Shown here piece after piece: positions 13,601-26,100 of a DNA stretch of 64,000 nt; within the stretch, counting starts at the first letter, position 1; each line of letters opens with the position of its first letter. The stretch comes from Geosiphon pyriformis uo1 (Eukaryota > Fungi > Glomeromycota), in the NCBI GenBank assembly GCA_016748015.1, contig JAAOMT010000025.1:23133-87132 (forward strand), written 5' to 3'. Position numbers and translations under genes: made by a program. Under the pieces are notes generated by a model. The model searched no databases. It was given only the letters and a program-made list of their open reading frames with translations, and had not been told where the DNA came from.

Positions 13601-16600
13601 TGGAAAAAAAATAATAATAAAGGAAAAGGAAAAAAAAAAAAAAACCCAATATTAACTACCACTTATAGTCCATATACTTACACTTTACCACAATCATCTA
13701 ACTATTGCCAACTGAAACTAGTATGCATCGATTGCAGCAAAAAATTGTTATCAATAGGTGTATGCTGTGGCAATAATAAAGAATACACAATGGCAACAAA
13801 ATTCTATTGCTGTCCATGTGTTATAGAATGGTTTAGACGACCAAAAAGACAAGGAAAATGAGATAACAAATTTTGTTTCACCTGTGGAACCATTTTGTTT
13901 AACAAAGAAATGTGGAATGACATTTTTGGGCATGAAGGAACATGTGATGAAACATGCCAATATACCATTCTAATAAATGACTGGATATGCAAAGGAATTC
14001 TAATTAACAACACCTAAAAAAAAGCATTATGATGGTTAGAAAAATATTCCCATAATAAACATAAGATCTGAAAAATAGCAAGCACAAAGACAGAAGGTGC
14101 CACAACCAGTGAGTTGTTAAAAATTAAAAACAATCTATTAATCCTTCCAGAACTCGAATATATTCTAATGTTTAATGTTTTTGGCAATATTAAGGATGAT
14201 CTTAAAGAATTCCACAAGCACTACTAACATCTGACACCAACAAGAGAAGAGCAAAAGCAATGTTTAAAACAACTAAACACTTGACTATGTCAATACTGCT
14301 TAATCCCATGTAACTTCTAATATTGTAATAAGTATGACCTTATTTATAATCTACCACTATACATAATCTACACAATCCTAGAAAAAAAAGAACCAATCAG
14401 CAGCTGTGCATCTGAATCGAAATCTATTTTCAATCCCAATTTAAATTCTAACAATGAAGATGATAAAAACACCAGTTCCAGTTCCATCTAAAATAGCAAC
14501 CAAAATAACAACAATTCAAACTCAGACTTAAATCTTGAACAATATATTGTGCTCCCAGACCTTATCAAGAAGCAAAAACTTAAATGATTCAGTGATAATA
14601 ATGAAAATATTATGCCAAAACAAGCACATAATACTGATACAGGATTTGATCTGAGATATCTGAAGAAAAAAATCATCAAATTGGAACCACATTTACACAT
14701 ATACATTGATTTAAAAGTAGCATTAAAAATTTTGGCAACAATGATAGTTCAGTTAGCATTCAGAAGTAGTTTAGTAAAAAGAGAAATTAATATCAAAGGA
14801 GAAATAATTGATGCAAAATATGTAGAAATATTATTGCAATGCTCTAAAATGACTCAAAAAAGGCCTATATAGTAGAGCCAAACAAAAAAATAGCACAGAC
14901 AATATTTTTGCCTCTGATTAAAATAGCTCAATTAGTATTAGTGAGAAACAGAAAAAAATTAAGAATAACAACAAGAGAGATTAGTGAATTTGGATCTATG
15001 GGTAAAATAGATATACTAGTTAATATAACAGAGGAAGAAGTTATTGACAAAAGAGAAATTATTTTCAATTATCAATCAATTTTTATTCTACCATATAACT
15101 AGTACATGTTAGCCATAGAAAAGAAAGTAAAAAATCAAGCTCAAATTTTTGAAGCAAAAACTACAATGTGTAAATCAGGAAAAATTAGACTTACCAATCT
15201 TTACATATTAGCCAAAAGTTCAAAACATATCAAAATTCCCATCTATAATACAACAGAAAATGTTCTTGAAATACCAAAAAGAACTACCATTGAATATTTA
15301 AGCACTAAAATTGAAGAACAATTACCAAATCCCATTTCAGACTTTCCACAACTGTATGGATATGTGGATATTATATCACAAACAATATACAGACAAGAAA
15401 AATGTTATTTGCTCTAACCAAAACAATTGGAACAGATAAATTTGAGAAATCTAGATCCACTACAATGTATACAGCTTAAAATATTACTTAACAATTTCAA
15501 TAACATCTTTGCCAGTGAAAATGAATTTGGCAGAACCAACATAATTTAGCATCAAATAAAAACTAAAGATGTGATGCCAATTAAACAGAGAGCATATAAA
15601 GTACCACTAGCCAGCCATGAGATTATTTATCAAGAAATCAATCGGATGTTAGACAATAGATTAATTCAACTATTAATAAGCCCATGGTTATTACCAGTAA
15701 TATTAGTCTGTAAGAAAAATAGAAAAATCCACTTTTGTGTGGATTACTGGAAACTTAATAGAATAATCAAGAGAGATAGCTACTCAACTCCAAAAATTCA
15801 AGAACTTTTCAATGGTTTTGAAAGAAAAAAATGGCTTTTAACTTTAGACTTAAACAGTGGTTATTAACAAGTAGCCATAAAACCAGAAGATAAAGAGAAA
15901 ATGGCTTTTACAACACAAGAAGAGAATTTTGAATTTGAAATTATGCCATTTGGCTTGATGAATGCTCCCACCACATTTCAACAACTTATGGAAATAGTTT
16001 ATACTGAACTGCTATAAAAATTAGTAGTTGTATATCTGGATGACACCAACATGTTTTCCAAAACATTCAATGATTATTTGCATCATCTACAACAAGTATT
16101 TAAAAGACTAAAAAGAGTAGAATTAAAGTTAAATACCAACAAATGCTTCTTTGGAAAAACAGAAATAAAATTCTTGGAACATGTAGTAAGCAAAAATAGA
16201 ATCAAAATGAATCCAGACAAAATTGAGATAGTTAAAAATTTTCTAATATCTACCAACTTGACCAAATTATGAGCATTCTTGAGATTTGTGAGATACTACT
16301 GCAACTTTATCAAAAACCTTTCTAAAATAGCTCAGCTATTACACCAGCTCCAAACAAAGAACACCAAGTATAATTGGACAAAAACCCAGCAAGAAGCTTT
16401 TGATACATTAAGAAAAAAGCTTATTCAAGTTCCAGTAGTGATCTATTCAGACCATAGTAAGCTATTTATAATCACAACAAATACATTGGGTTAAGCATTG
16501 GGAGCAGTACTATTTCAGAAAAAACCAGATGGATGAGAACACCCAGTAGCTTATGCCAACAGAAGTTTAAATCCAGCTGAAAAGAACTATAGAACCCCAG

Positions 16601-16835
16601 TACTAAAACACTTAGCTATCTATTGGACTGTTATTAATAGAAAAAATACTTAAGTCAAAAGTTTGATGTTTATACTAATCATAAAAGATTGACTTCAATC
16701 CAAAAGCAAAAATTTGGAGATGATTACTATGTCAGATAGAAGATAGAACTTTCATCATTTAATTATACAGTACATTAGAAAAAAGGAAAAGAAAATAGAA
16801 ATGTTGACAGTTTATCATAAATAAGACAAATCTAA
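10697..16835 (+). pseudogene. gag-pol: Gypsy-1 Gag-PR-Cys-rich-dUTPase-RT-RNase H polyprotein
   Basis: PIAKLERFTG (capsid), CHYCGKQRHLQINC (zinc knuckle), LILDSGSAS (aspartic protease), DTGFDLRY...RSSL...FGSMG (dUTPase), YLDD (RT), HPVAYA...NVDSLS (RNase H). Ends IRQI*. Confidence 0.9.
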
Positions 16836-16897
16836 AAACATTTTAATCCAAAAATATAACAAAATCTAAACAGTCAAAAACAAAAATATAACAAAAG

Positions 16898-18279
16898 ATA
16901 AATGCACAAAAATATTAACAACTTCAGCACTATATAAATACTCAACAGTTCAAGAAGAAATTATTTCAAAAGGAACAAAACAATATAAAACAACAATCAA
17001 AATATTTTATCAACCATCAAAATATATTTTACCAAAAAAACAAAAGAAATCCAGATCAACCAATCAGAGTAATTACAGAATCAGAAAAAAAGACAATATT
17101 ATTCAACATGCACTCAGATTCAACAGCAGAACATTTTGACAAAGAAGCAACCATAGAAAAAACCAGAAAAAAATACTATTAATTATTAATGTATCCAAAT
17201 ATCATCCAATATGTTCAAAATTGTGATGTTTGTCAGAGAAGAAGAGGAACAAAACCCAATGAACTATTGAGACCAATCAAAGTAAAACAACCATTTAATT
17301 GCATTGGAATTGACTTAGTCAGACCATTAACAATCATCAGCAGAGGCAACAAATATATTGCAGTAGTCATAAATTATCTCACTAAATAGCCAAAAGCAAA
17401 ATTCATTCGAAAAGCAAATGCAGAATCTATTGCTGAATTCATTTATTAAAATTTAATCTGCTAACATAAATGTTCAAAAGAATTGTTATCTGATCAAAGA
17501 ACTCACTTTGTGAATAGAACATTAGCAAAACTAAGTCAAAGATTTGGAATTAAAAGACCATTATCATCATTATAACATTCACAAACAAATGAGTTAGTTG
17601 AAAGATTCAACAGAACATTGTGTGAAGCAATAGCCAAGATCAGCCAAGAAAACCAGGACAAATGGGATCTGTTTATACTATTAGTATTATTTGCTTATCA
17701 GACAATAAAGTAAGACACTACACAAGCAACACTATTTGAATTAGTATATAGTAAAGCAGCAATATTATTAATTGAGATAGAAGTCAATACATATCCAACA
17801 GAACTAATAATTGAAGACAATTTTCAGAAAACATTGCTAAAAAGAACATATGACTTGATAAAAATTCTAGAAAACAAATGGCAAAGAGTAGCTGATAACA
17901 TCCAAAAGTCACAAAAAAAACAAAAAAAAAGACATAATAACCAATAACCAGATAAACCAGTTGAATTCAGAATTGGAGACAAAGTATTATTACATAATCC
18001 CAAAGCAGAAAAACAATAGAGTGAAAATTTGACCTCAAATAGAATGGACCATTTTACATAGAAAAAATTCTAAGAAATAGAGCTTATAAATTAAGATTAA
18101 ACAACAAAATCTTAACCAAAGCAGCACATAAAGATTGACTAAAATTATATCACAATATAGCATCATTATTTGTCAGTAATATTCTACAATTGAAAGTACA
18201 AAAAATAATAGTCCGACCAGATAAGATTTTACAAGATCTAAAACCAATCATTATTATTGACACCAACATGTCAAAATAA
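16898..18279 (+). pseudogene. int: Gypsy-1 integrase (separate ORF)
   Basis: H-x6-H...CDVC zinc domain, IGIDLV...SDQRTHF...QTNELVERFN (DDE core), GPF motif and C-terminal QDLKPIIIID. The start codon has decayed to ATA. Confidence 0.9.
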
Positions 18280-18304
18280 AGCAACAAAAAAAAAATATAA
18301 AGAC

Positions 18305-18965
18305 ATGATAGACGTAATAGAAAATATCAGAAAAAATAGAAATTACTGACAACATTTACTTATTAGCACAACAACTTTTTTAACTAATCCAACAATAAGT
18401 GATAAAAATTACAATTAATCAACAAACTATTAGATACAAAAACACCAAAAAGGAACCATGAGATAAAATACAGAGAAAAACAGAAAACACTATTGACAAA
18501 ATAATTACAAAGATGAAATTGGCAATAAAAACACAACCAAAAGTCACCCAATATTAAGAGTTGATAATAAAAACATGGAATTGATGAACACAACAATTTT
18601 CAAGAAACTTTTGCTATTTTCACTTGAAACAACATTTAAATATTCAGAATTTATATACAAATAAAACAAAATGACTATTTAATACAACAATATTATAACA
18701 ACTTAAACAATTTTTGGGAAAGAACAATCTAACTACACAAGCATAAACTATCTATTGATTACAAGTCAGATTTCAAAATCAACTAGAAATTTTACTCAAT
18801 CCAGCAATAAATTTGATTACCATTAATCAAATAAAAAAAATAACAAAAGCCCAATTTGAAAAATTACAGAATAAGTTAACACAAGTAATTCTTGAAAAAA
18901 AAGTTCAAAAAATACTCAGAAACAGAAAATTGGAATTAAGAGATCTTAACAGAACTTAATATTAA
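18305..18965 (+). pseudogene. Gypsy-1 ORF3 (unknown function)
   Basis: Homologous to 21062-21704(-), 40776-41495(+) and 58142-58776(-). Lies between integrase and the PPT. Confidence 0.7.
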
Positions 18966-18977
18966 AAGAGAGAATAA

Positions 18978-19836
18978 TATTACTAGTAGAATATAAGAAA
19001 TATATTAACATATAAATTAGCCAATCAAAAATAGTCATAGTAAATATGAAATTCTAGAATTTTTTTTAGAAGAATTGCAGAATTCCAGGAATTTTAGAAT
19101 TCTTATACAAGAAATCAAAGAATTTCAGAATTTCAGGATTCCTCTCAAAAAATTGCAGAATTCCAAGAATTCCAAAATTTCTGGTGTAAAAAATTGAGGA
19201 ATTGAGGAATCTCAATTATGTATATATAGTAATAGTGTTAGAAGTAGAAGGAACAAACCTCTCAGTTTGGATTTAATCTAAGCAACTTTTTTATTTACAA
19301 ATATCAATAAATAATTATTCACTATCTTAATTTATTTTCCACTATCAACACTTTATGTTAATAGTAATTGATACTTAACCATACTGAAACAATAGCTCTT
19401 AATCATGGTTATTGACAGAATACTAACTTGTAATCATTTTGGCTTATTTTTTTTATTTTTTTTGTTATCTTTTTTATTTTTTTTCTGTATTTTTATTTGT
19501 TGTATACTAATTGATTAAAAGATTAAAGTGCTGAGTTATTAATGTCATAGATAGCCTGATAAAAGACCTTGAAATAAGAGTAGAATTATATATAGATTAA
19601 TGGATAGCTTACCAAAAAGACATAACTGTTAGATTAAACTGGCCACTACACTAAAGACAGAAATTACAAAAACAACTTAAAAAATCAACCAAAACCAACC
19701 ATAAGAACCTCTGTCTATTATACAAAGAACTCAATCAAAACCTTAACCTTCAGATATCACCAACTATTTCAAGCTATTGAGCACCAAGTTATGGGTTTGT
19801 TATTTGCTTTGAGACCCCAAATAATTGTCTGTAACA
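18978..19836 (+). repeat. Gypsy-1 3' LTR
   Basis: TATTAC...GTAACA; direct repeat of 9762-10633. Confidence 0.95.
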
Positions 19837-20184
19837 ACAAAACCTATTGGAATTTTTGCTAGAAAAAAAAAACTGTTTCTGCTGTTATTAATTACATAAG
19901 GCATTTGGTAGAGTTACATTATGCTAAAATGTGGCTGATAAGATCCAAGTATAGAGTAAATATGAAAAAGACTGGTTTATTTAAGAATAGTGGTTTGGTA
20001 TTGAAATTGTTTTGTAGTGTAATATTTATATTGTCAGATAATATAATCAGGTTGCTTGGTATTGTTGAGTTTTTTGCTGTTAGTTTTGGTTATCACAAAC
20101 TGTGTCTGTTTTTTTTAGGGTTATGTAGTAATATATGTGTTTATATAGATGTATAATATTACTTTGTTTAGTCTTAATGGCCAG

Positions 20185-21048
20185 TATTATAAGTGATTAT
20201 TTGGAGTCTCAAATCAAATAACAAACTTGTAACTTAGTGCTCAATGTCTTGATTAATATCAGTTGTTGGAAGTGTTATAGATCTGAAGATTTTGGTTGAG
20301 TTCTTTGTATAATAAACAGAGATTCAATGACAATATATTGGTTGGTGAGTTGTTTTCCCAATTTCCATCTTCAGTGTGGTAGCCAGTTTATTCTGACAGT
20401 CATGCCTTTCTGGTAAGCTATCCATTAATATATATTTGTTATTACTTTTATCTCTGGGTTTTTTACCAGGCTATCCTTGACATCAATAACTCAGTGCTTT
20501 TTCACTTTAATCAATTTAGTAAAACAAAGAAATAACAAAAGAAAATAAAAATAAAGAAACAAAGATAAAGAAAATAAACCAAGACATTTGTAAGTTAGTA
20601 TTCCATTAATAGCCATGATCAAGAGCTATTGTTCCAGTGTGGTTTAAGTATCAATTACTATCAACATAAAGTGTTAATAGTGGAGAATAGATTGAGATAG
20701 TGAATAATTATTTATTGATATTTGTGATATGAATGGTTGTTTAGATCATATCTAAAACTGAGAGATCTGTCTTTTCTACTTCTAATGCTACCACTATATA
20801 TACATAATTGAGATTTCTCAATTCCTCAATTTTTCACACCAGGAATCCTAGAATTTCTGGAATCCTGCAATTCCTTTTAAGAGAAATCCTGGAATTCTGG
20901 AATCCTGTAATTTTTTGTATAAAAATTCTGAAATTCCTGGAATCCTGTAATTCCTTTTAAAAGAAATCTTAGAATTCCACATTTACTATGACTATTTCTG
21001 ATTGGCTAATTTCTATGCTAATATATTTCCTATATTTTATGAGTAACA
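20185..21048 (-). repeat. Gypsy-2 3' LTR
   Basis: Direct repeat of 29347-30186, which has an approximately 25-nt deletion near its right end. Confidence 0.95.
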
Positions 21049-21061
21049 CTATTCTTTCCTT

Positions 21062-21704
21062 TTAATATTGAGCTCCATCGAAATCTCTCAATTCTCCTAG
21101 CTCTAATTTACTGTTTTTGAGTATTTCTTGAACTTTTTTTTCAAGAATTACTTGCATTATCTTGTTCTGTAATTCCTCAAATTGGGTGTTAATTATTTTT
21201 CTTATTTGGTTAACTGTAATGGAGTCTATTTTCAGGTTAAGTAAGATTTCTAATCTGTCTTAGAATCCTGTATGTAGTCAAATTGTTCTTTTCCACAAAT
21301 TGTTCCAATTATTGCAGTATTGTTGTGTTAAATAATTGTTTTGTTTTGTCTGTATATAAGCTTTGAATGTTCAAGTGTCATCTCAAGTAAAAGTAACAAA
21401 AATTTCTTGGAAATTGTTGTGTTCACCATTTCCAAATTTCTATATTTAACTTTTGATATTGGGTAACTTCTGGTTGTGCTTTTATTGTCACTTTTACTCT
21501 TGTAATTATTTTGTTAACAGTGTTTTCTGTTTTCTTCTGTATTTTGTGTTGAGGTATTTTTCTGGTATTTTGGTCTTGAATGATTTGTTGGTTGACAGTA
21601 ATTTCTATATTCTGTTGTTGAATCAGTTGGAAGAGTTTTTGGACTAGTGAATAGATGTTGTCAGTAATTTCCATTTTTCTGAAGTCTTTTATCACATCTA
21701 CCAT
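21062..21704 (-). pseudogene. Gypsy-2 ORF3 (unknown function)
   Basis: ORF 21423..21704 (MVDVIKDFRKMEITDNIYSLVQKLFQLIQQQ) continues past stops to ...ITVNQIRKI...DFDGAQY*. Confidence 0.75.
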
Positions 21705-21734
21705 GTCTTTATATACTCTTTTTCCTGTTCAATT

Positions 21735-23111
21735 TTACATGTTTGATCCAATGATTATGATTGGTTCCAGATCTTATGGAATCTCATCTGGTTGGACTAG
21801 TATTTTCTGTACTCCTAATTATAAAATATTACTAGTGGATGATGATACTATATAATAATATAGTTTCAGTCAATTACCATATGCTGCTTTGGCTAAAATT
21901 TTGTTGTCCCATCTTAATTTATAAGCTTCATTTCCAAGAATTTCTTCTATGTGAAATAGTCCATCCCATTTGGGGTCAAATTTTCTACTCCATTGTTTTT
22001 TTGCTTTGGTATGGTGTAGAAGTACTTTGTTTCCAATCTTGAATTTAACTGGTTTATTTGGTAGTTGGTTATCATAATTTCTTTTTGTTTCTCTTGTGAC
22101 TTCTGAATGTTATCAGCTGCTTTTCACCATTTGTTTTTTAGTGTTTCCATTAAGTCATATGTTCTTCTTAACAATATTTTTTGGAAATTGTCTTCTGTTA
22201 TTGGTTCAGTTGGATATGTGTTAACTTCTTTTTCTACTAGTAATATTGCTGTTCTACTATATACTAATTTAAATAGTGTTGTTTGTGTAATGTCTTGCTT
22301 TATTGTCCAGTAAGCAAATAGTACTGATAGCATAAACAAATCCCATTCATCCTAGTTTTTTTGACTGATCTTGGCAATTGTTTTACACAATGTTCTGTTA
22401 AACCTTTCAACTAACCTATTTGTTTATGGATGGTATGGTGATGATAGTAGTCTTTTTATTTCAAATTTTTGACTTAATTCTGTCAATGTTCTATTTACAA
22501 AGTGTGTTTCTTGATCTAATAGTAGTTTTTTTGGACATCCATGTCAACAGATCAAATTTTGATAAATAAATTTAGTAATGAATTCTGTATCTGTTCTTTG
22601 AATGGCTTTTGCTTTTGGCCATTTAGTGAGATAATCCATGACTACTGCAATATATCTGTTGCTTCTGCTGGTAATGGTTAATGGTTTGATTAAGTCAATT
22701 CCAATGTGATCAAATGATTGTCCCATTTTGATTGGTCTCAATGGTTTACTTGGTTTTGTTTCTTTTCTTCTTTGACAAGCATTACAATTCTGAACATATT
22801 GAATAATATTTGAATACATTAATGGCCAATAGTATCTTTTTCTGGTTTTTTTTATGGTTGCTTCTTTGTGAAAATGTTTTTGTTGTTGGATCTAAATATA
22901 TGTTGAATAGTATTGTCTTTTTCTCTGGCTCTGTGATTACTTTGATTGATTAATCTGAGTTCTTTTTGTTTTTCTAGTAAAGTATATTTTGATAGTTGAT
23001 AAAATATTTTGATTGTTGTTTTATGTTGTTTTGTTTTTTTTGAGATAATTTCTCCTTAAATAATTGGGTATTTATATAATATTAGAGTTGTTGGTATTTT
23101 TGTATATTCAT
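21735..23111 (-). pseudogene. int: Gypsy-2 integrase (separate ORF, ATG at 23111)
   Basis: MNIQKYQQL..., CNAC, IGIDL, WDGLF (GPF region), C-terminal DLEPIIIIGSNM*. Confidence 0.9.
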
Positions 23112-23142
23112 CTTTTGTTATATTTTTTTGGGTTGAAATGTT

Positions 23143-26100
23143 TTAGATTTGTCTTATTTACAACAAACTGTCAGCATTTCTGTTGTCTTTTCTTTTTTTA
23201 TAGTGTACTGTAAATTTATATAATAATAATGCTATTTTCTATCTTGTATGACAATTGTCTCCAAATTCTTGCTTCTGGATAGAAGTCAATCTTTTATGAT
23301 CAGTATACACATCAAACTTTTGGCTCAAGTATTTTTTCCATTTGGTAACAGCCCAATAGATAGCTAAGTGTTCTAGTGCTGAAGTTTCATAATTCTTTTC
23401 GGCTGGACTTAAGCTTCTACTGACATAAGCTACTGGATGTTCTTTTCCATCTGGTTTTTTTTGTGATAGTACTGCTCTTAATGCTTGGTTTGATATATTG
23501 GTGGTAATAATGAATGGTTTGCTGTAATCTGGATACATCAATACTGGAACCTGAATAAGTTTTCTTCTCAGTGTGTCAAATGCTTTTTATTAAGCTTCTG
23601 TTTATTCATACTTTATATTTTTAGTTTGTAAATGATGGAATGGCTGAGCCAGTTTAGAAAAGTCCTTAATAAAACAATAATAATAGCCTGCAAATCCCAA
23701 AAATGCTCTTAGTTCTGTCAAATTGGTTGGTACCAGAAAGTTCTTTACTATTGCAATTTTATCTGAATCTGTTTTGATACCATCTTTGCTTACCACATGT
23801 CCCAAAAACTTGAGTTTTGTTTTGCTAAAGAAGCATTTATTGGCATTTAGTTTCAATCCTGCTCATCTGAGTTTTTCAAATACTTGTTGGAGATGGTGTA
23901 GATGATCATCAAATGTTTTTGAGATTACATTGGTGTTGTTTAAGTATATGACTACTGATTTTCATAGTAGTCCAGTATAGACAATTTCCATGAGTTATTG
24001 AAATATTGCTAGAGTATTCATCAAGCCAAATGGTATTACTTTAAACTCAAAGTTTTCTTCCCGAATTGTAAAAGCCATTTTCTCTTTGTTTTTTGGCTTC
24101 ATGGCTACTTGCCAATAATCACTGTCTAAGTCTAATATCAAGAACTATATCTTTCTACCAAAAACATTGAACAGTTTTTGGATCTTTGGTATTGGATAGC
24201 TATCTTCTTTTGTCACTCCATTTAGTTTCTAGTAATCTACACAAAAATGGATTTTCCCATTCTTCTTATGGACTAGTACCACTGGTGATGACCATGGGCT
24301 CATTGATAGCTGAATTAACCTATTGTCAAACATCTGATTAATTTTTCAACAAATAATCTCATGGCTAGCTAGTGGTATTCTGTATGCTCTCTGTTTAATT
24401 GGCATCACATCTCCAGTTTTTATTTGGTGCTTAATGATGTCAGTTCTGCCAAATTCATTTTCATTGGCAAAGATGTCATTGAAGTTGTTGAGTAACATTT
24501 TGAGTTGCATATGTTGTAGTGGATCTAAGTTTTCCAAGTTTATCTGTTCCAATTGTTCTGGTTGGAGCAGATAACATTCTTCTCATTCGTAGATTGTTTG
24601 TGATGTGATATCTATATATTCACACAGCTGTAAAAAATCTGAAATGGTGTCTGACAGCTGGTTTTCAATTTCAGTGGTTAAATAGCCAATAATGGTTCTT
24701 TCTGGTATTTTGATGATGTTTCCTGTGTTATTGTAAATTAGAATTTTGATGTGCCTGTGATTTTTGGCTGGTATGTGGAGATTAACTAATCTAATCTCTT
24801 CTGATTTGCAAAGTGTTGCTTCTGCCTCAAAAATCTGAATCTGATTCTTCACTTTTTTTTCTATAACTAATATGTACTGGTCATATGGTGGAATGAAAAT
24901 TGATTGACGGATGGAGATAATTTCTCCCTTGTCAATAATTTCTTCCTCTGCCATATTAACTGGTACATCTATTCTACCTGTGGATCCAAATCCCTATATT
25001 TTTTTTGCTGTAATTTCTAATTCTTTCCTGTTTTCTACTGACATTAAATGAGCTATTTTAACCAGAAGTAGAAATATTACCTGTGTTATTTTTTTATTTG
25101 ATTCTATTATATAGGCTTTTTCTGAGTTATTTTGTAACATAGCAATGATATTTCCTATATATCCTGCATCAATTATTTCTCCTCTGATGTTAATTCTCTT
25201 GTTTGCTAAACTACTCCTGAAGATTAGTTGAACTATTATTGTTGTTAGAATTTCTGATGCTATTTTCAGATCAATACAAGTGTGTGAATGTGGTTCCAAT
25301 TTGATGGCATTTTTTTCTGGATATCTTAGATTAAATTCAGCGTTGGTATCATGTGCACGTTCTGGCATAATATCTTCATTGTTATTGCTAAACTATTTTA
25401 GTTTCTGTTCCTTGAAGAGGTCAAAAAGTACAATATATTATTTGGGATTTGAATTGGAGTTTGAATTGTTGTAATTTTTGTTGCCATTTTGAATGGAGCT
25501 AGAACTGTTATTTTCATCATTATCACTGTCAGAGTTTGAATCAAGATTGAAAATTGATTCCAATTTTGACATACAGCTGTTTATTGGTTCATCTTCTTTT
25601 AAGATCATGTAGATTATGTATGATGGTAGATTGTAAATAAAGTTACATTCATTACAATATTGGAAGTTATAAAGGATTAAGCAATGTTGATATAATTGAG
25701 TATTTAACTACTCTAAATGCTGCTTTTGTTCTTCCTTAGTGAATGCTAATTGCTGGTAATGTGCATAGAATTCTTTTGGCTTGTCTTCAATGTTGTTACA
25801 GATGTTGAATGTGAGTATGTATTTAGGTTCAGGCAGTGAAAATGGGTTATTCTTAATTTTTAACAACTCACTGGTAGTGGTGTTTTCTGCTTTTGCACTT
25901 ACTATTCTCCAGATTTTATGTTTGTTGTAAAGATATTCTTCCAACCATTGCAATGCTTTTTTCCAAGCGTTGTTGATTGGAGTTCTTTTGCATACTCAGT
26001 CATTTATCAGGATGGTATACTGGTATGTCTCATCGTATGTTTTTTTACACCCAAGAATGTCATTCCACATTTCTTTGTCAGACAAAATAGTTCCATATGC

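Larger units (their letters stand above)
9762..19836 (+). mobile_element. Gypsy-1, full-length Ty3/Gypsy LTR retrotransposon with dUTPase (family A); degenerate
   Basis: Paired LTRs, PBS, gag, protease, dUTPase, RT, RNase H, integrase and ORF3 remnants, and a polypurine tract at about 18964-18977. Flanks acag (9758-9761) and acaa (19837-19840) form a 4-bp TSD with one G/A difference. Confidence 0.95.
5485..20156 (+). pseudogene. LINE B ORF2 (APE endonuclease, RT, RNase H, Cys motif), interrupted at 9761/19841 by Gypsy-1
   Basis: Starts (M)TDLVWKFTTCYVQGLN (APE motif I). Also NTQPIALIKIARK, QDMCKAYDSVG (RT), YTDNLL...TMAELQTV (RNase H) and CLLCDKMEFSDHAFTC. Confidence 0.85.
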
